From Nitrospirales bacterium (GTDB lineage: Bacteria; Nitrospirota; Nitrospiria; Nitrospirales; UBA8639): 64,000 nt of DNA. The notes beneath the pieces were generated by a model, which was not told the origin of the DNA, made no database searches, and saw nothing but the letters and a program-made list of their open reading frames with translations. Position 1 is the first letter of the stretch. Each line of letters starts with the position of its first letter. Positions 59,991 to 64,000 of the stretch are shown in pieces. The translations under genes were made by a program, and so were the position numbers. The stretch spans positions 18,684 to 82,683 of the forward strand of contig JBBDSY010000092.1 of assembly GCA_040904705.1 (NCBI GenBank), read 5' to 3'.

Positions 59991-60456
59991 TGAGGCATAA
60001 ACCCATTAGCAATACGACGCCATTCAATTGCACCGAACGTCGGTGCAATCCATCTCGCTCTTTTTGAAGAAGGGGCGTTGAAATGCCTTTGGCTTGTTTG
60101 GCTTTGAGTTGATCGCTCAGTTCATTCATCCTGGCAATCAGCGGCGTAGGACAATACTGTTCAATGGCCAGGATTCCTAACCAGAGTGTGGCCGGAATGA
60201 GAACGAACGATTCAAACCCGTACAGAAGGCCGAGTGCGAGACTGGTCGACCATCCAACAGTCGCGCTGATTATGCCTAACGCATAGTATGGGGGGAAAAG
60301 ACTTCGGACGGCCTGGGAAAATGTGTGTGCATCTAATGTCCGGGCCAGAACGGGTGCGGTGACAAATGAAAGAAAGACAATTTTTCCCACAAGAATCGCC
60401 ATGGCCAAAAGATTGAAGAATATGAGAATGCGCTCTGTCATGGGTCTCCTCCTCAA
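59956..60456 (-). CDS. DUF4149-like membrane protein
   Basis: FVTAPVL, LFPPYY, LHRRSVQLN; four TM segments. Confidence 0.8.
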   Translation of the reverse strand: MRRRPMTERILIFFNLLAMAILVGKIVFLSFVTAPVLARTLDAHTFSQAVRSLFPPYYALGIISATVGWSTSLALGLLYGFESFVLIPATLWLGILAIEQYCPTPLIARMNELSDQLKAKQAKGISTPLLQKERDGLHRRSVQLNGVVLLMGLCLIGFSGLAPTLQ

Positions 60457-61028
60457 GATGGCTTGGGCAACAGACGTCTTGCCGCTCGATAGGCTTGCTC
60501 AAAATCGGGCAATTGACTGATCGGCACTATTTCAATGTATCGAATAATTGAATCCGCGTCCAAAACCATGACGGCTCGATGAAGGATGTCGATATCATCC
60601 AGGAGTAAACCTGTTTGGCGACCAAAATTGAAGTCTGGTGCATCGGAGAGAAATGTCATGTTGTGAATCTTGGCGTCTTCGGAAAATTTGGCTTGATCCG
60701 TATGGGTGTTGGTGCTCATGGTGACAAAGCTGATGAACTCATCCAGACCTTCGTTTTGCTCACTGAATCGATGGGTTTGTTCATCGCACACCGGAGTATT
60801 CAATTGGGGAACAATGCTGACTAACGTGACTTTACCCTTCAGTGTCTTCAGTGAAACGACCTTTCCATCTTTCCCCACAAGGGTCGCTGTAGGCATGGGT
60901 TGGCCTTCCTCCAGTGAAAGCGTTTTCCCAAATGCGGCAGGTGTCCAGGCAAGAAAGACGATTCCAGCTATCGCACAGATACGTGAGGCCATGGACATTT
61001 CGTGGGGTTCTCGATGGTGATGTGACAT
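60453..61028 (-). CDS. Exported thiol peroxidase/redoxin (Tpx-like)
   Basis: VPQLNTPVC (compare Tpx PSLDTPVC), RAVMVLD, PDFE. Confidence 0.8.
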   Translation of the reverse strand: MSHHHREPHEMSMASRICAIAGIVFLAWTPAAFGKTLSLEEGQPMPTATLVGKDGKVVSLKTLKGKVTLVSIVPQLNTPVCDEQTHRFSEQNEGLDEFISFVTMSTNTHTDQAKFSEDAKIHNMTFLSDAPDFNFGRQTGLLLDDIDILHRAVMVLDADSIIRYIEIVPISQLPDFEQAYRAARRLLPKPS

Positions 61029-61071
61029 ATTCCTCGTGCTGCTCCTTTTATGAATAGTGTCCGCAAGTCAT

Positions 61072-61995
61072 TCATGCCGAACGTTGAGAAACAATGGCAT
61101 GCATCGCTTCTTGTATCGTTGAATAGGTAAAAGAAAATCCTGCGCTCAAGGCTTGGTGTGGCTGAGCCCGTTGCCCTGTGGTTAACATCGTGGAGAGTTC
61201 TCCCAGGGCAATCCTGAGGGCGAACTCTGGAACAGGAAACCAAGAGGGACGGTTCATGGCTTTCCCCAATGCCTGACAAAAATCTTTCATGGTGACATCT
61301 TCTGGAGCAACGGCATTGACCGGACCTCGTATAGGGGAGTGCGTGATGAGAAAAAGTATGAGTCGGGCGAGATCTTCTTGGTGAATCCATGACACGTATT
61401 GTGTGCCCGGTAAAATAGGTCCACCAAGGAACCAGTGAAATGGAAGCATCATTTTGGGTAATGCTCCACCATCTGTTCCAAGGACCATTCCGAATCGCAC
61501 TTCCAGGACGCGTAGTCCCAAGGCTTCAATGTGTTGTGCGGCATCCTCCCATTCCAGACATAAGTCCGCCAAAAATCCATCCCCGCGAGGAGACGTTTCA
61601 TCGACTATTGTTGCTCCCTGGGGGCCGTAGTAGCCTACGCCGGAAGCTGTGAGGAAAGTGTGGGGCTTTGTTGCCCATCCGCCAATTGCCTCGCCCAAGG
61701 TCCGCGTGGACACGACTCGGCTGTCAATCAGTTCCCGCTTACGGCTTGGAGTCCAGCGTTTATCCGCAATGGGTGCCCCGGATAAATTGATGACGACATC
61801 CGCGCCAACGCATTCCGTAGACCATGACCCTTGAGAACAGCCGTCCCACTGTATGTGGCGAGGCTGAGAGGGGTTTACGGGGGTGCCCCTCTCGGCATGC
61901 CTCGACAACACGATCACGGAATGACCTTCCTGAAGCAACAACCGGGAAACATGTTGACCAACAAACCCCGTGCCTCCGGCAATGACAATCTTCAT
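61072..61995 (-). CDS. TIGR01777-family NAD-dependent epimerase/oxidoreductase
   Basis: GGTGFVG, VINLSGAPIA.KRWT, SWIHQED, GPVNAVAP. Confidence 0.93.
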   Translation of the reverse strand: MKIVIAGGTGFVGQHVSRLLLQEGHSVIVLSRHAERGTPVNPSQPRHIQWDGCSQGSWSTECVGADVVINLSGAPIADKRWTPSRKRELIDSRVVSTRTLGEAIGGWATKPHTFLTASGVGYYGPQGATIVDETSPRGDGFLADLCLEWEDAAQHIEALGLRVLEVRFGMVLGTDGGALPKMMLPFHWFLGGPILPGTQYVSWIHQEDLARLILFLITHSPIRGPVNAVAPEDVTMKDFCQALGKAMNRPSWFPVPEFALRIALGELSTMLTTGQRAQPHQALSAGFSFTYSTIQEAMHAIVSQRSA

Positions 61996-62984
61996 GATGC
62001 ATCTCCTATAGCCTGTTGACGAAGGGAATCCCATTCTTGAAGTTCAACCGTGGGAACGATGCTGGAATCGCCCACCAAATCAATGCCAAAAGGATTGTTC
62101 ACGGGCTCTTCTTCGGGATAGGTGGTGGGGGAAGTTGGTGTAATGAAGATCTTCATGTTCTGGATAATGCTGCCGCCGACTTCAATGGCGGTCTCTCGAC
62201 TTCCTAGTGGGTGCCATACGATCAAGTTGTAGGCGCCAGGAGGAATGTCGTTCAGAGAGAATTCTCCGTTTTTTCCTGTGATGGAAAAGTAGGGATGGGG
62301 GAGAACAAGACTCCAGCCCTCCATATAGTCGTGCAGTCTGCAGCGAAACACTAAAATTCCACGTGTATCAATTTGATACTGAATTTCAGGCCCGGATCGA
62401 TGGAGTCCTGTTCGCTCTGATGAGAGAAAATCGCTCTTTCGATTGTCGGGGTGGGGTTGAAGGTTTTGTCCAAGGAGAGTGTGTGCCCCGTTCTGGGAAG
62501 TGAGGAACACGTCAAGTTTATGCTGGATAGGATCCCAATTTTGGAAATGAAATGTTTGTCCGACTTGAGTGGCACTTATGTAAGGGAGAAAGACGCAATT
62601 TTTTGTCTGAATGGTTGTCGCCGCAATGGTGTGGTGTTTACCTTTCTTGACATCTTCTAAAAATACGACTGCTCCGGTCAGTTCCTGCTGGTCGCCTAAA
62701 TCCGGCATGGGGGTGAGGCGCCATCCCCTGCCATCTGAAATTCTTCCACAATAATAGGGGTCGGAAAAAAGAACCAAATTCAAGCGCTTTGGAGCCGGGA
62801 TCTTCCCCTCGATTTTTACGGTGCCCGTCAGTTGTACGCCCGTGAAGCCGGGTAGTGCTTCATAGGTCAATCCAACGCCGGGTATAAGAACCTCCAGGCC
62901 GAGCAAGACGAATGGGAGGAGGAAAATCCTTTTCATCTTCCCTTGCTTCGGTCTCTGGTTTTGTTCCTGAACCATATATTTCAA
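61992..62984 (-). CDS. Exported protein with cupredoxin-like and carboxypeptidase-regulatory-like domains
   Basis: DPYYCG, NCVFLP, N.DP..H, CRLHDYM, IPPGAY.L.VWHP. Confidence 0.7.
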   Translation of the reverse strand: MKYMVQEQNQRPKQGKMKRIFLLPFVLLGLEVLIPGVGLTYEALPGFTGVQLTGTVKIEGKIPAPKRLNLVLFSDPYYCGRISDGRGWRLTPMPDLGDQQELTGAVVFLEDVKKGKHHTIAATTIQTKNCVFLPYISATQVGQTFHFQNWDPIQHKLDVFLTSQNGAHTLLGQNLQPHPDNRKSDFLSSERTGLHRSGPEIQYQIDTRGILVFRCRLHDYMEGWSLVLPHPYFSITGKNGEFSLNDIPPGAYNLIVWHPLGSRETAIEVGGSIIQNMKIFITPTSPTTYPEEEPVNNPFGIDLVGDSSIVPTVELQEWDSLRQQAIGDAS

Positions 62985-63024
62985 CCTGAGTCAGTTCAAC
63001 CTGCATAACCAGTCTAGAAAAGAA

Positions 63025-63624
63025 TTACTGCTTCATCGGAAAAGAGATGATGATGGCCCCCATCACATCCCCTAATTTCCGGTCTCGCTTGGGACTCAGG
63101 AGATGTCGGTTGTGACAGTTCACGCAAGATTTAGAAACAGCGAGATCTGCATAGATGGCCACATATACGCTTTCCCCTCCTTGAAGGAGTACCCCTGTGT
63201 AGGGTTCTTGAGGATTCTGCTGTACGGCTTTTAACCCGTTTCTTTCAAAATCATTGGCTGGTCCATTTTTTTGATAAATTGGCCACAAGCTTGCGAGTCG
63301 ATAGTTCAGTCCTCCACCTTTGTTTCTTACTCTTTCACCGGACAGCAAGAGCATTTGGGCAGGGAGAGGAAGGGCATTGCGGTCCTGCCATCCTTCTGAG
63401 GCGATCACTGTTCCGGTTTCTTGCATGCGGTCGACCACGTGGGTGGTGTAGAGAGTGCGATCAGCTTCTATGATGTCATGAATATAGTCCGCAACCGTTC
63501 GATAGGGAACCCCATGATCTGCTTGTTCCGGCGTGTGCGCATCAGCGGTGGAGATTCCAATAAGGACAAGTACGATCACGGCATAATTTCGAATTCCGCT
63601 TGCGGGAATCACCTTTGCTAACAT
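63025..63624 (-). CDS. DUF3365/Tll0287-like c-type heme protein
   Basis: LPLPAQ, CVNCH heme motif, GDVMGA; start ATG 63624 after GAGGA. Confidence 0.82.
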   Translation of the reverse strand: MLAKVIPASGIRNYAVIVLVLIGISTADAHTPEQADHGVPYRTVADYIHDIIEADRTLYTTHVVDRMQETGTVIASEGWQDRNALPLPAQMLLLSGERVRNKGGGLNYRLASLWPIYQKNGPANDFERNGLKAVQQNPQEPYTGVLLQGGESVYVAIYADLAVSKSCVNCHNRHLLSPKRDRKLGDVMGAIIISFPMKQ

Positions 63625-63638
63625 GTCATGTCCTCGTA

Positions 63639-64000
63639 TCAATTTCTTGTTTTGGCAGAATGTCCCGGCTGTTGGCCATTACGATCACGGGCGCATCTGA
63701 AGCCGATCCCATGAGTCTTGAGCGCAAACCCGCCTTTCCCTCGTGATGTCACTCGGAGGTCGGTATCAAAGCTTCGCCAGGACCCTCCTCGTATGACTTT
63801 CAGGATTCCGGTGTCGGGTCCTTTGGGATTTTTATCCGGCGCATTGGGATAGTACTCCGCGTCGTACCAGTCTTGGGTCCATTCCCGGACGTTGCCTGAT
63901 AGCTGGAAGACCCCAGAGGAAGATTGTCCTTCTGGTACACTATCGACCTTTTTTAGTGTGTTTTTACCGTCCCATTCTTTTTCAAAGTGGGCTCTCTCTG
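63639..64000 (-). CDS. Formylglycine-generating enzyme (SUMF1) family protein, C-terminal part
   Basis: Manual translation gives QLSGNVREWTQDWY...IRGGSW...GFRCAR; start lies beyond the window. Confidence 0.9.
   Translation of the reverse strand, partial: ERAHFEKEWDGKNTLKKVDSVPEGQSSSGVFQLSGNVREWTQDWYDAEYYPNAPDKNPKGPDTGILKVIRGGSWRSFDTDLRVTSRGKGGFALKTHGIGFRCARDRNGQQPGHSAKTRN

Overview
Bacterial chromosome window, most likely Nitrospirota (Nitrospira-like; inferred from gene order and repeat types, not proven). It has four zones. (1) 1-15.3 kb is housekeeping: bioF (partial), ilvB-ilvN-ilvC-psd-pssA-leuA-leuB-NHL-asd-SpoIID-queA, a SurA-N protein and gltX. (2) 15.5-27.7 kb is tRNA-Gln(CTG) followed by two decayed, related integrative elements in tandem, each ending in a copy of the tRNA 3' end. 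They carry an integrase remnant, a toxin-antitoxin-SecB chaperone (TAC-type) module, a protease, a DUF5677-like protein, an accessory pyrF and several pseudogenes. (3) 27.7-37 kb is a mosaic accessory region with an orphan attC-like site, direct-repeat-flanked cargo and cysD/glycosyltransferase fragments. (4) 37-54.5 kb is the most interesting part. A translationally coupled purE-purK-dabB-(NuoM-like)-dabA-PII operon (bicarbonate pump plus bicarbonate-consuming purine step) converges on a HlyD-TolC-ABC exporter whose ATPase motifs are degenerate. Next come a nucleotidyltransferase, an NhaR-like LysR regulator, a lipoprotein and a small acidic peptide with three DW(T/I)LA repeats. Three of these units share a 48-bp LysR-type promoter box, suggesting an undescribed regulon next to the carbon pump. 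The window ends with a light/oxidative-stress cluster (photolyase, DUF523/DUF1722, CarH-like, CbiX-like, Tpx-like, TIGR01777) and periplasmic heme/FGE-family genes. All calls come from motif reading; no database searches were run.
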